Shown: positions 9,069 through 20,340, counted from the first letter of the stretch. The stretch is DNA of 64,000 nucleotides from a virus (IMGVR_UViG_3300037418_003161:32001-96000); one strand, 5' to 3'. The notes: a model not told the origin generated them from the sequence alone. Program-made: numbers and translations.

Positions 9069-10400
9069 TTAAATTCCTACTTCTATATAGATTCCACCTA
9101 TATTTGTATTGACTCCATCTGCGTTTAATGCTTGACAAGCAGCACAACTTTGTACAACATTACTATTACCATCGATTATTGAAATTGGCGCATCGCTTCT
9201 ATTCCATGGTGTTACTACAACTTCCACACTGTAAGCGGTGTTTTTCTGTAATACCCCATCAAAGGAACAACTGTCGTTACCACTTGGACAATGATATGCA
9301 ACCCCATTAATATATACCATCACATCGTCTCCACTGACATCTTTAGCAACACTAAGATTGGCAGTATTCGCATCTCCACAAATTCCCAAGAACGTAAACA
9401 CCAATCCACCTCCGCTATTACCTTCAAGATTCGATTCGTTTGAACAGAATTGCGCTGTTTGAAAACTATTGATGGAGGCTTCTTGGATTACACCACTACA
9501 ATCTGTATAAGAATAGGTTTGTGTAATGTTTAAATTGTTATATACTTCATAGCTAAAACAACCATTCCCTACAATTGGTGTAGGACTTTGCGTGGGTGTC
9601 ACCGTTGGGGTTGCAGTGGGAGTAAGGGTAGGTGTTGAGGAGACCCCGGCTGTTTTCGAAACAGAAACACTAATAGATGGTGTAGGCGTAAATGGTATAC
9701 TATTGCTAATGGTCGGAGTAAGTGTTGGAGTTGGGGTGGGTGTAGCGGTAGCTGCGGCTGTAAGCGATGGTGTTGGAGTGGGTGTGGGTGTGGGTGGAAC
9801 ATAGTGTTGGATGTAGTTGTCCACCGAGGCTACCACCAAATCACTTATCCCGTTGTACAACGCAATCCGCTTACTGGTTCTTTCCTTGACTTGGATGTTC
9901 CAGTACAACCTATCGGTACAAATATCAAACTGTGTTGTGGTTACGTTTACCGCACTTCCGTTAATATCCAACAGCTTGTCGTTAAGGGTAATTTCATACG
10001 CCTTTTTCCACTTGTATTCCGTAGTTGCATCCACAAATACATCCTGTGTGGGAATGAAGGTATATTCTCCGTTTACCACAATCGCCTTATTGGAGTACAG
10101 ACAACTAACTTCCTTTACCGTGAAGAACTTATAAACCCAATTGCTAGTGGTAACATCATCGTTACAGAAGTTGACAATCGTACTTCCATCACCCTCTGCC
10201 CCCAAAATCAAATCATCTTCAACCAAGGTGCTTGGGTGTACAAATACGTAGTCTACTCCTTCTGTAAAGGAGCTAAAGTTTCCGGCATGAAGCGTGTTTT
10301 CTAATGCAGGATTGAGAATCTTTGCCACATAGGAATTCGCTTCAAACCCCAAATCATAAACCGATAAAACTTCTTGGATTGGATAACAGTAGCTTGCCAT
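9069..10400 (-). CDS. T/P-rich putative virion protein
   Basis: 443 aa with a central TP tract and a YTDC module; TATTTATA upstream. Confidence 0.8.
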   Translation of the reverse strand: MASYCYPIQEVLSVYDLGFEANSYVAKILNPALENTLHAGNFSSFTEGVDYVFVHPSTLVEDDLILGAEGDGSTIVNFCNDDVTTSNWVYKFFTVKEVSCLYSNKAIVVNGEYTFIPTQDVFVDATTEYKWKKAYEITLNDKLLDINGSAVNVTTTQFDICTDRLYWNIQVKERTSKRIALYNGISDLVVASVDNYIQHYVPPTPTPTPTPSLTAAATATPTPTPTLTPTISNSIPFTPTPSISVSVSKTAGVSSTPTLTPTATPTVTPTQSPTPIVGNGCFSYEVYNNLNITQTYSYTDCSGVIQEASINSFQTAQFCSNESNLEGNSGGGLVFTFLGICGDANTANLSVAKDVSGDDVMVYINGVAYHCPSGNDSCSFDGVLQKNTAYSVEVVVTPWNRSDAPISIIDGNSNVVQSCAACQALNADGVNTNIGGIYIEVGI

Positions 10401-10412
10401 ATTCTATAAATA

Positions 10413-13400
10413 TTAACGCTTGTGAAGTAGCATCCATTCATAGATACTCAAGCCGACCTGATTATTTGCGTTGTTCTTCCACGATGGGTCATACGCCGTG
10501 TTCCAAACCAATGAGGAGTGACCCACATTTGGTATTCCGGTAAGAATAGCGGGTTCGGTTGGTGCGGGGAACGCATTGTTGATGGTGTTGACCAAGTATT
10601 GTGAATGCACATACCATCCATCCAGTGTTCCCTGAATGGCCCATGTGCCCACATGGTACGTGCCACCAATGAGGTAAACATTGTCTTTTTCTTGTTGTGT
10701 GTTGTACCCTGACAAGGACATTGGCACAATAGCTGCAATCTGCTCGGCAAAGCTTTCGGTGTTGGTCACAGAACTTACAGAGCCTTGTGCGCCCGAAGAC
10801 AGACCTGTTACATAAACTCTTGAAGCATCCACCCGGTATTTGGATTTGATATCGTTGAGGATGTATTCCAGTTCGGGATAGCCATACGAGAACCATGGGT
10901 GTTGCGGAGAACATACAATAAATTTAAAGGTTGTTCCGCTAACCGGGTGTGCGGCCTCCACATCAAAACCATTGGCAATCAACATGGGCAGACCTGTGTT
11001 GTTAAGAATTGACGCATCGCCATTTTCCTGTGATTCCTCCATACCATGCAAGAAGATGATGAGGGGATATGAGGAACTTGGCCCATCGGTATCATACGAA
11101 GTGGGCAACCATGTTAGGCCCGGTGCTGTTCCACCTACTCCATCCACCGCAAAGGTGTCAATTTTTTGTCTACCCGCAAATTGGGTAGCTCCCGCAGAAG
11201 GCGTCACACTTGGTGTAATAGAGATGGTTGGTGTATTGGTTGGGGTCGGTGTAGGGGTTGAACCCGTAAAGGTAGCTGTCGGAGTCGGCGTATTGGTCTT
11301 GGTAATTGATGGCGTTGGCGTTGGCGTTGGGGTAGTATTGCCGTAGGAAAGCACTTGGACAATGACAGGTTTGGCACTATAGGGGATGGACAAGTAACCG
11401 TTGGTCACACCAGTAAAGTCGGAACTCATAAAGCTGCTACCATCCACAAACTGCCGGATGCTCACCTGTGTCCCGTTGTTTAAATACAGGTTATATGTTC
11501 CAGTATTTTCGGTAAAGGTAGGACGTGCCCCGGCATTGGGGGTGATGGTTTCTACGGCCCAAATCGCATACATATCGTTCGTGCCATCCGAAAATTTCAA
11601 CACCCTTGGGTTTTCATTGTTGATGCGCTCCACAAACTTGTAGTCTCCAAATTCCCCACCAAGCTGTGCCCAATAATCACCCACAATTCGCCTTTGTATG
11701 TTGGTTGTAGTGACTTCTTTCAACAGGGACATAGACGCAAACTGTGTGGGGTCGTTGTCGCCATTGGCATCGGTAAACAGTCTGAACCACTGCGACCTGT
11801 CTAGGCCGTGGGCTGCAAATTCCAAAATGGTACGCATCGCCCAATTACCCCGGCATTGTTCTGCGCTGTAGGTGCTGTAGGCCGGAGCGTTCATTGGTGA
11901 ATCCGGGTTGATGTCGATGCCCCATTCTCCAACCCACACTTCTTTTCCGGCTGCATACTTGTTGGAATAGTGCAACATATCGGTAATGGCACTCATCATA
12001 TTGGAAGCTTCAGGTGGTAGACCCGCATTTGTTCCTCCTGCATATTGGTTGCTTCCACCCGTATAGGAATAGTTGTGGTATTGGATGATATCAAAGGGCA
12101 AATCCACTGTACCGTCCGGGTTAAGACCCCGGTTTCTTCTGGCCCATTCATAACAACCCCTTAACAGGTCGGTTTCTGTAGTAGCAAGACCTGAAATAGA
12201 CATTTTGAAATTCGGGTCAGCATTCTTTACACCACAGTTGGGGTATAATCCTTTGTGACCATCGTACATCATTGACCATGCGGCTGCTAAGTACTGGCCC
12301 TTTAAGAAATCATCTATTCCAGCCCAATAAGCATTGGGTTCGTTCATGCCTTCAAACAGGTCAGCCGTATTGGTGGCAATAAGTGGTTCGTTTCTTGGTA
12401 TCCACCATTGTCCATAATCGGCATGAGACCATGTAGCGTAGGATGGGGCGTTCGGGTTTGTACCCTTTCTGGAAGCAAAGACAAACGCCGCTTTACCCAA
12501 CTCTTGGTAGGTGGACACTTGGTCTCTTTGGTTGTTGTCGTCCCAATAGATGTTCAGTTGTGACGCTTGAGACTTGGAAACCTTGACGTGTTGACCTACG
12601 ATGTAAGGTAGGTTGCCAGCCACGGCAAAGCCCATGGAAGCCGGATGCGTTGTGGGAATGGTATTGTAAGAATCCGACCTTGTTGTATATTCACTCAGCG
12701 TGTGTCCACTTTGCGGAGCGTCCTCCAAGGTGATAATCCAGTGAGAATAGCTACCGCCCCCTACATTGGAGGTGGTGGTAATGTTCAATGCGCCCCAAGA
12801 ACCGTAGTTGGTGTAGTTTGTTACCGTACCATAAACCACATTTCCTTCATCGGCCACATCCCAAGAGGCTTTTACATGGTCAAACTGACCTTGCAGTACT
12901 GACCAGTAGATGATGCCGTGATTTTTAAAATAAGAGGCTGCATCTTCTTCATACCATCCTTGGCGAACCGGGTTGAAGGCCCATTGGTCAATCAAGGGTT
13001 GGTATTCGGCGGCGTTACCATAGTTTCTAATCGAGGTGATACCCAAGTCCAAAACAGCATCCAGCACCTCTTGGCGCAACCGTACATCCCCGGTGTTGTA
13101 AGAGAAGTTCCACCAGTGGGCGTTTACCCCCAAGAAGTTTTTAAGTGGTTTAAGTGGTCTTGAATAAGTGGGTTCGGTGTAGGGCAGATAGTCGGCAATA
13201 ATTTGTAGCTCCGTCCCGTAGCTTTGGTCAGATGGGCCACGTAAAATCAGCTTGTCGGCAATAAAGAAATCAGACGGTGTATATTCCACCCATGTTTCCC
13301 ACCCATTGCCAGTAAACGTTCCAATCTCAAGTTCTGCTCCACTATCTTTACGAACCAAAATAACTTTGGTGTCTTGGTTGTTTGGCCCTTGCCTGTCGTA

Positions 13401-16400
13401 AATTCTTACCTTTCGAACAATAGCGTTGTAGTCCTTCAAGTCCACCGACACCTCATGTGGTTCATAAATCAGCGTCCAAGCCGGAAGGAAGGGTTCGGTC
13501 AAGTCCCCATCGATAAGGGTAATGGGACTATTGGTTTCGCTGTTGTCCTGATAAAAGTTGTCCAACACCAACGGCACTTGGCTGTTGAAGGTTGGGGCAG
13601 TTGCTTCCGATGGGTCGGGAGCAAGGGTTTGTTTTTTAAACAGGTTGATTAACTTATTGGTTGTGCTGCTTGTGGCCGAATCGTGTCCTGAACCACTGAT
13701 AATGTAATTGTTAACGGTAACATCAGAAGTCACCTTTATGGTGATGTCCCGGAATCTGTTGTTCACCGGAACATTGGAATAATCAAGGTTGATAAACATT
13801 TGATTGCCTACCACATTGTAGGTCATCACCAAATGCTTTTTCATTTCAAAGTATTCCAACATCTCCTGAAGGGTCGTTACCCAAATTTTGTCGTTACCGA
13901 CTGTGCCAATATGGTCGATAAAGGATTTAAACGCACTCCAATCTGTGCTAACATCGTGTGTTCCTACCCTATAAAGTCTGTGACGAGTAGCATTGGAGGT
14001 GTTGGCAAGGGTGGTGATTTTACTTTTCAAATCATCCACCGTAGTTGTGTCATTCCACTGGTCGGTAAAGTCCCTTAAAAACACACTGTAGTCGGCTGTA
14101 ACCCCCGACAAATCTGCAATGTGGTCGGTAAACATGTTGGGAGGGAAGGAGGTATAGCCATCGGTCACACTTTGAGACGTAGAGGCCAAATACCCTAACT
14201 GCTCAACCAAGGGGTTGTAACCTGTGTCGTTGTTGGGGGTAATCCAAACCCTTGACAAAAACCCGGTCAAATCCCAAATGTATTTGGTGTTTTCGTTGAT
14301 GTTATCATATTGGGTAAATCCATTGGTTGTATAATACCCATCCATATTGTGGTAGTAGCCATGGTTTTCCAACATAAAATCAACGGAAAGAAGTGATTGT
14401 AAATTGGCGGTGGTCAAATGACTTGGGTCGTTTAATTCCCCATCGTTAAAATTACTGTGGGCATTCACGGCAACGGCGGCTCGGTATTTCACAGCGTTCC
14501 CTGCACCATCGGTAAAGGTCTTACCACCATAATTCTGTCCATCAATTGGTGCAACGCCTCCGTTTAAATAGGCTAAGATGTTTAAGAAATTGGCCTGACG
14601 GTCATCCATCTCCAAGTTAAATACACCGTCCTTGTCGTATTTCAAATCAGCAAAACTAGCTTCTGCGGAAGTTGGATTACCATCAAAAGTCACAATGATT
14701 TGTGAAGTTTGTCCCGCTTCGGGTGCAGCCGAAGGGGTAATAGATGGTGTCAGTGATTTAGTGGGTGTCACCGAGGGCGTGGGTGTAGCACTTGCTCCGG
14801 GTGAGGCTGAAATAGAAATGGACGGAGTGGGTGTGTTAGAACCAGTAACCGTTCTTGTAGGCGTAATACTTTTAGTGGGTGTAACGGAAGGAGTGGAACT
14901 CACCACTGGTGTCACCGAGGCCGTCATTGTATTGGTCGGGGTTACACTATTGGTAGGTGTATGAGAAGAAGTCACTGTTTGGGTCGGGGTATGGCTAGGG
15001 GTTTTCGTAGGCGTTAAGGTATTAGTTGGGGTTAGGCTTGCTGTTGGCGATGGTGTATTGGTGGGAGTAACCGTTGGCGAAACAGAGTTGGTTGGTGTAT
15101 TGGTCGGGGTCGCATTTGGTGTTCTTGTTTGTGTAACGCTTTTACTTGGCGTATTGGTAACGGTTGTAGTAGGCGTAAGTGTTGGTGTGGAAGAAGATGT
15201 AACTGCCGGAGTTGGGGAAGCGGTCTTGGTTGGGGTCAAAGTACGGGTTGGCGTAGGTGTGGGGTGTACCGTACAATCGGTTTCCATTCCCAAGAACCGC
15301 AATTTGGTTTGACAATTGGCCGCATCGCCAATGAGCATTTCCCACGACACGTTGGGGTCAACCTGATAGAGTACAAATTCATCACAATTCCCCGTTGTAC
15401 CATAGGTAAATCCACTGTAATTGGCAATATCATCACAGTTTACATACAATCGGTATGGGTCGCCAGTTTCAAATGGCGTACCATTATAAATTCTTAAAAG
15501 CAAGTCTTGTGGAACGGAACAGTCCGTCATGGGCGTTGCCCCGGAAAGAACCGCAAAAAGGTTGCAATCATGGCAAGCAGTATCCTTGTGGACAACAAAT
15601 CCCAAAGCCACATCGGAGGCCGAACAATCGGTATAACCATACTTGTATGTTTTAAAACGAATCTTGGTTACACCGCTTACAGAATAAATCTCGTAATCCA
15701 ACTTCTTTTTTTGTTGTACCGACCTTGGGTCAACGCACAAAGTAACCCCCGATAGGGTTGAACCCGTAGTCCCGAATTCAACGGTATTGAACAACAAGGT
15801 ATTTTCAATATAGGTTGTCCCTGTAAAGCCGCACCCCGGAACAGTTTCTTCGGTGTTGATTTTGTTAATCAACGCCTCAATTTCATTCAACCACCCGCTT
15901 TCAAACGTGCTGTCATCAAAAGACATGTAGGTGGTGTAATTACAATACAGGGGCAATCCAGAGCCATAGCTTGGTAAAAAACCACAGGCATCGGGCTTGG
16001 TATAGCCGGAAAACAAATTCAATGTTGCCCCGCTCCCCAAATATTCACTCGTTCCCAAATCCAATAAGGGCTGAACGGTCAGACCGGAAAGAATACACAA
16101 TCCCCTTGGGTGTTCTTTTATGGTAAGGGCCACCTCGTCTTCAACCACGCTTGCAAAGGTTTCGGGGAACAAGTTTTGTATAAATTCTTTCACCTTACAG
16201 GTATCCTTGTAGCGAAACTTGTTGCGATGGAAGATAGAGTTTTCGGTACGGTTGCCTCCTGACCACAAAGTGGTGGCCGGGATGAACTGCTCTACAAGCC
16301 GAATCCAAAACGGGGAAATGGATTTGATGTAGCCTTCCAGTTTTTGATAGGTATAGGCACTGGTCTCCCCCACATAGCTCACATATTGCTTGTAAATGTT

Positions 16401-18494
16401 GTACAAGTCCAAATACTTTTTTATGTATTTGATTTTGTTGATGTCCCGGATGCCTTCACTAATAACTTGGTTGGCAAATTCAGCAAAGGTAATTCCACTG
16501 GTGGTGGTTAAATTTCCAAAACCAACATTGTGAATGTTGGACTGCCGCCATACATCAAAGGCGATGGCTTTGGCTGACGACAGGTATAGGTCAATGTTTT
16601 TTACATTCAGCGTCAACTTGGCATCTTCCCAATCCTCAATGGTGGTGGATTTTTTATTGTCCACCTTCTTGTTCAAGTCAAAACCAAAGTTCAATAAAGG
16701 AAACCTTCTCAGTCTATCCAGATAGGGTTGACCGTAGGTGAATTCCTTGAGGCGTGTTTTAATTACTTTGGTTGAGCCTGTCAATACCGATTTGGTCAGG
16801 TCAAGCACTTCTTCGCCTTTGTGTTCGGTGGTGCGCTCAAACCAACCCGCTCCTTTTTGGAAATAATACTCCGAATTAAAGGTAGCCTTGGTGGGATAAC
16901 CTTGCTCGTCGATGGGAAAATCTTCTCGCTCGTAACTATGGGCCACTTGCTTTTGGGTCACGTTGTATAACCCGTTACTGAATGCTACGGTGGTTTGGGT
17001 GTAGGTGCTGTCTTTTAAGACTTCATCTAGGCGTTGGTTGACATATTCCATATTCAACGGGGCAGTCACCATATAAACGTGTTCGTTGAATTCATAAAGA
17101 CTTTCGGGTGCGCCAATGAACTTCATTAAAAATTCAATGGGTTTGCGTGTTCCCTTGGCTTTAAACAAATGAGCCACATTAACCAAGAGTCGGCGGTAGA
17201 GTTCCACATCGGCTTCGGCAATGGATTTCGCCTTGGCTTCCCCGGCTAGGGAGGAATCCTTGGTCTTATAAAGCAATTTATTAAGTTCTTCTTCGGTGTA
17301 GTGAGTGATGCTTTCCAATCCAAGGGTGTCACAAAGATTTTTGAGCAAAAGGTCGGGAACATTGTTGATTTTGTCATAGGTCACGTTCCGCATGTAGGCA
17401 ATGTTGTCAATAAAATTTTTGATATTGTCAAACTCATGCCCATAGACCTTTAAAATGCTGTCCACCTTGAACTCCGGGGTATCAAACTCCTGTAAGGAAG
17501 AGGTAATTAAAAACCGGGTAATTAAATTGGATTTGTATTCATCAATGGCCTCTGCAATTTCATTAATCTTGTTAATGTAGGTGGTATACTGGCTTGTCTT
17601 AATATCCAAGTTATACCCATCCACCACATTCCATGTGGCTGTTTCAATTTCAAAGAACGTCCCGGTTTCCATCTCCTTTGGTACTTTAAAGGAAGTTTGG
17701 TAAATGGGGTGTGCTTCCCGGTTCAAAAGAATGTTTTCCACCACATCAAGGTTGAAGAAATAATCCTCAATTAATTGGTATTGGGGTTTGATTAAAAAGT
17801 TTTGGCTTGAGCCGGAAATAAAGGGCCGTCCCTCTACGGTCAGGACGAGGGGTGCGGTAGCTGTAGTGGGGGGTGTATAATTTAAAATATTATAAGATAC
17901 GCCGGACACTTCCACAGCATAGCGAGAATAGGTTTTGGTGAAGTTGCGCAGTTCTGAAAACGCCTCATCGGTGGGTAGGATTGCACCCATGCTGCTGTAT
18001 TCAATATCAAAGTCATTTTTTAAGGCTGACTGTGGCACAGAAAACCGGGTGCGTTTCAGGGTGGCATCATACGTTACCCCGGAAGCGGTAATCCCACTCA
18101 AGTTGGAGGCAATGTCCTTGGATACCACCATTGCTGCCGGAAAGGTTTTGATAATATGTTCAATACCCACCCGCAAACGTTCCTTGAGTGAGCCAAACAG
18201 AGAAACATAGGAAGCATCGCTTTTATCCTTATTAAAGGTAACAAGTGACGCATTCCTTTTTTGTTGGACTTCCTGTACTTTGATAGGGTCAAGGTCGTCT
18301 AAGGAAATGGGTTTGGAGAAATCGGTGGTGATGAAATGTCTGTCGTCCTTTTCCGGGGTTACACTATTGAACAAGAAATTTTCTTGTGTCATTTGTGGAG
18401 ACCCGGTGGTTATCTGATTACCAACTAAATTGTCTGAGAACGTCCCTGTACCGCTACCCGGTGTAGGAGGACATTTTATCTTCTTTTTCGCCAT
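10413..18494 (-). CDS. Giant baseplate-wedge-like protein fused to deacetylase-like, discoidin-like, GH-A glycosidase and alpha/beta-hydrolase domains
   Basis: 'LFKAKGTRKPIEFLMKFIG' (P2 gpI/wedge-like); FNLEMDD + NHGYYH + WVTT (NodB/CE4-like); MNEPN + YHNY + VWVGEWG (clan GH-A); FLHG + GLSSG + GH (serine esterase). Confidence 0.8.
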   Translation of the reverse strand: MAKKKIKCPPTPGSGTGTFSDNLVGNQITTGSPQMTQENFLFNSVTPEKDDRHFITTDFSKPISLDDLDPIKVQEVQQKRNASLVTFNKDKSDASYVSLFGSLKERLRVGIEHIIKTFPAAMVVSKDIASNLSGITASGVTYDATLKRTRFSVPQSALKNDFDIEYSSMGAILPTDEAFSELRNFTKTYSRYAVEVSGVSYNILNYTPPTTATAPLVLTVEGRPFISGSSQNFLIKPQYQLIEDYFFNLDVVENILLNREAHPIYQTSFKVPKEMETGTFFEIETATWNVVDGYNLDIKTSQYTTYINKINEIAEAIDEYKSNLITRFLITSSLQEFDTPEFKVDSILKVYGHEFDNIKNFIDNIAYMRNVTYDKINNVPDLLLKNLCDTLGLESITHYTEEELNKLLYKTKDSSLAGEAKAKSIAEADVELYRRLLVNVAHLFKAKGTRKPIEFLMKFIGAPESLYEFNEHVYMVTAPLNMEYVNQRLDEVLKDSTYTQTTVAFSNGLYNVTQKQVAHSYEREDFPIDEQGYPTKATFNSEYYFQKGAGWFERTTEHKGEEVLDLTKSVLTGSTKVIKTRLKEFTYGQPYLDRLRRFPLLNFGFDLNKKVDNKKSTTIEDWEDAKLTLNVKNIDLYLSSAKAIAFDVWRQSNIHNVGFGNLTTTSGITFAEFANQVISEGIRDINKIKYIKKYLDLYNIYKQYVSYVGETSAYTYQKLEGYIKSISPFWIRLVEQFIPATTLWSGGNRTENSIFHRNKFRYKDTCKVKEFIQNLFPETFASVVEDEVALTIKEHPRGLCILSGLTVQPLLDLGTSEYLGSGATLNLFSGYTKPDACGFLPSYGSGLPLYCNYTTYMSFDDSTFESGWLNEIEALINKINTEETVPGCGFTGTTYIENTLLFNTVEFGTTGSTLSGVTLCVDPRSVQQKKKLDYEIYSVSGVTKIRFKTYKYGYTDCSASDVALGFVVHKDTACHDCNLFAVLSGATPMTDCSVPQDLLLRIYNGTPFETGDPYRLYVNCDDIANYSGFTYGTTGNCDEFVLYQVDPNVSWEMLIGDAANCQTKLRFLGMETDCTVHPTPTPTRTLTPTKTASPTPAVTSSSTPTLTPTTTVTNTPSKSVTQTRTPNATPTNTPTNSVSPTVTPTNTPSPTASLTPTNTLTPTKTPSHTPTQTVTSSHTPTNSVTPTNTMTASVTPVVSSTPSVTPTKSITPTRTVTGSNTPTPSISISASPGASATPTPSVTPTKSLTPSITPSAAPEAGQTSQIIVTFDGNPTSAEASFADLKYDKDGVFNLEMDDRQANFLNILAYLNGGVAPIDGQNYGGKTFTDGAGNAVKYRAAVAVNAHSNFNDGELNDPSHLTTANLQSLLSVDFMLENHGYYHNMDGYYTTNGFTQYDNINENTKYIWDLTGFLSRVWITPNNDTGYNPLVEQLGYLASTSQSVTDGYTSFPPNMFTDHIADLSGVTADYSVFLRDFTDQWNDTTTVDDLKSKITTLANTSNATRHRLYRVGTHDVSTDWSAFKSFIDHIGTVGNDKIWVTTLQEMLEYFEMKKHLVMTYNVVGNQMFINLDYSNVPVNNRFRDITIKVTSDVTVNNYIISGSGHDSATSSTTNKLINLFKKQTLAPDPSEATAPTFNSQVPLVLDNFYQDNSETNSPITLIDGDLTEPFLPAWTLIYEPHEVSVDLKDYNAIVRKVRIYDRQGPNNQDTKVILVRKDSGAELEIGTFTGNGWETWVEYTPSDFFIADKLILRGPSDQSYGTELQIIADYLPYTEPTYSRPLKPLKNFLGVNAHWWNFSYNTGDVRLRQEVLDAVLDLGITSIRNYGNAAEYQPLIDQWAFNPVRQGWYEEDAASYFKNHGIIYWSVLQGQFDHVKASWDVADEGNVVYGTVTNYTNYGSWGALNITTTSNVGGGSYSHWIITLEDAPQSGHTLSEYTTRSDSYNTIPTTHPASMGFAVAGNLPYIVGQHVKVSKSQASQLNIYWDDNNQRDQVSTYQELGKAAFVFASRKGTNPNAPSYATWSHADYGQWWIPRNEPLIATNTADLFEGMNEPNAYWAGIDDFLKGQYLAAAWSMMYDGHKGLYPNCGVKNADPNFKMSISGLATTETDLLRGCYEWARRNRGLNPDGTVDLPFDIIQYHNYSYTGGSNQYAGGTNAGLPPEASNMMSAITDMLHYSNKYAAGKEVWVGEWGIDINPDSPMNAPAYSTYSAEQCRGNWAMRTILEFAAHGLDRSQWFRLFTDANGDNDPTQFASMSLLKEVTTTNIQRRIVGDYWAQLGGEFGDYKFVERINNENPRVLKFSDGTNDMYAIWAVETITPNAGARPTFTENTGTYNLYLNNGTQVSIRQFVDGSSFMSSDFTGVTNGYLSIPYSAKPVIVQVLSYGNTTPTPTPTPSITKTNTPTPTATFTGSTPTPTPTNTPTISITPSVTPSAGATQFAGRQKIDTFAVDGVGGTAPGLTWLPTSYDTDGPSSSYPLIIFLHGMEESQENGDASILNNTGLPMLIANGFDVEAAHPVSGTTFKFIVCSPQHPWFSYGYPELEYILNDIKSKYRVDASRVYVTGLSSGAQGSVSSVTNTESFAEQIAAIVPMSLSGYNTQQEKDNVYLIGGTYHVGTWAIQGTLDGWYVHSQYLVNTINNAFPAPTEPAILTGIPNVGHSSLVWNTAYDPSWKNNANNQVGLSIYEWMLLHKR

Positions 18495-19402
18495 TATGTA
18501 GAAATAATATCATCAAATCCTTTTGAAGTGTCAATGTTATCACCTCGGTCTTCCCGTACTTCAAAGAGTTTATTATTAATCTCGTCTTTAATTTCAAAGA
18601 GGTTGAACTGTTTATAAATATTTTTATCCTTGTCATAAATGGTGTAAATACCGTCTTCCATGGATTTTGTTTGGTTGCCGTACAAAGCGTAGGCAAGTGT
18701 TTGAAAGTCGTGTTCAACCATCTCTACTTCAATCACCACTGGATTGAAAAACGTATTGGATACAATGATGTTTTGATTGGGCTGTCCAATAAAGGGAATG
18801 GCGTTGGGTTTATTGGAGGGAGCAGAAGAGGGGGTCAGCGTACAAAACACCAAGTTGGATTGGGATTCCACATAGCGGTAACGAATGGCTTTTTGGTTCG
18901 TATTGGTCAAATTGGATACCACTGGTTCACAATAAAAGCAGGAGGTGATGATACGAAACAGGTTGGGTATTTTTGACCCATCGTTGTTTAAATACTCTAC
19001 CCGGTAGCCTACAAGTCCGTTATTGATAAAATTGTTGCGGTATTTGGAAGGTACGTTGGAAATGTCAATGACCACCCCCCGGATGGACGGTAGGGAGGCC
19101 AGTACACCACAATCCGCAATAGAAGTACGGATTTGGGTAGGACGTAGGTAAAGGGTGTATAAGCCCATGGCCGAAAACTCAGAGGAATCCAATTTTAAAT
19201 TGTATAGCCCTCCTAAAAGTTCCACGTTTTCATTTCCACCCGTTTGCGCATTGTGATACAGGGGTGTAATAATATCGGTGGAAACCAATTTTTTCATTGT
19301 CACTTGTTCATTAGCATCCCTCGATTTGACATAATGCATGATGATTTCCACGTCTTCAGGAGAAACATCCGCAGCCCTTTTTATTCCATACGACCCAATC
19401 AT
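18494..19402 (-). CDS. Hypothetical protein of the structural module
   Basis: 302-aa ORF whose stop overlaps the start of the 2693-aa gene (TAATG). Confidence 0.8.
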   Translation of the reverse strand: MIGSYGIKRAADVSPEDVEIIMHYVKSRDANEQVTMKKLVSTDIITPLYHNAQTGGNENVELLGGLYNLKLDSSEFSAMGLYTLYLRPTQIRTSIADCGVLASLPSIRGVVIDISNVPSKYRNNFINNGLVGYRVEYLNNDGSKIPNLFRIITSCFYCEPVVSNLTNTNQKAIRYRYVESQSNLVFCTLTPSSAPSNKPNAIPFIGQPNQNIIVSNTFFNPVVIEVEMVEHDFQTLAYALYGNQTKSMEDGIYTIYDKDKNIYKQFNLFEIKDEINNKLFEVREDRGDNIDTSKGFDDIIST

Positions 19403-19425
19403 TTTCTAGTTTTTAAATAAATAGT

Positions 19426-20340
19426 TTATACTGTCCTTTTAACATTGAAATATTTGTTACCATATACTTCTATCTCACCTACTGAATCCACCTCGCAAAG
19501 TCGTAGGTTGTGTTCAAAGACCGAAATTGTTCCCCGCTCCACGTACACATCTGATTGAACGGTAATGTCTTCCACCACCCCCATGAGGCCATCGTCCTTG
19601 GTAATGAGTTGGAAAAGCAGTTGCAGGGGGTTGTCCCCCACGTTGTTGTGGAAATAGGTTAGTCCATCGGGAAAATCGGTATAAAAGATGTTATCAATAG
19701 TATATGCCGTATAACCATCTGTAATACCACCCACCAACACACCGTTACCGTTGGAATCCAGCCCTTCCACCACCTTTTTCTGACCATACTTGAGTAGTTC
19801 GGAAAGTCTAGTTTTGGTAAAGCCTGAGACGAATACATCATCCTGTTCCAGTTGTTCTTCTACGGCATCGTGGAGGGAAATAAAATCTTGTTCAAAGGTG
19901 GCGTCCGAATAGGGAACTTTTATACTAAGCGTTCCAAATGGATTGGTGATGGTAGCGTCACCACCAACTTCAATTGTTTTTTTGACACTATCCGTCCATG
20001 GGGTTTCCAGCTTCAGGGTAAGTTCATACTTCCCGGTGGTGGAATAAGTGTGGCTAATGCTCTGTTCAATGGCTACCAGTTCTGAGCTACCGTCTCCCCA
20101 ATAAATTTTATAGATTACGTCTTTTAGCTCCACGAAAGAGTTCTTGTCACTTGAATTAAAAAGGGTGACGACCTTCCCGGAAGCAGTATAGGTGAAATTA
20201 CATTTGTTCTTCTCTTGTAAGATATCACCGTCTGTTACGGTATAAAAACCGATATCATCAAAGTCCTTTTCCAAATACACCACGAAGTTGAGGGTGGTGG
20301 CTGAAGCCGGAGTGTTTTCAGGTGATATGATGTAATTCAT
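19426..20340 (-). CDS. Structural-module protein with PKD-like domain
   Basis: 'IYWGDG...SHTYSTTGKYELTL' PKD signature; ATG 20340 lies just after TATTTAT (20346 is an alternative start). Confidence 0.7.
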   Translation of the reverse strand: MNYIISPENTPASATTLNFVVYLEKDFDDIGFYTVTDGDILQEKNKCNFTYTASGKVVTLFNSSDKNSFVELKDVIYKIYWGDGSSELVAIEQSISHTYSTTGKYELTLKLETPWTDSVKKTIEVGGDATITNPFGTLSIKVPYSDATFEQDFISLHDAVEEQLEQDDVFVSGFTKTRLSELLKYGQKKVVEGLDSNGNGVLVGGITDGYTAYTIDNIFYTDFPDGLTYFHNNVGDNPLQLLFQLITKDDGLMGVVEDITVQSDVYVERGTISVFEHNLRLCEVDSVGEIEVYGNKYFNVKRTV

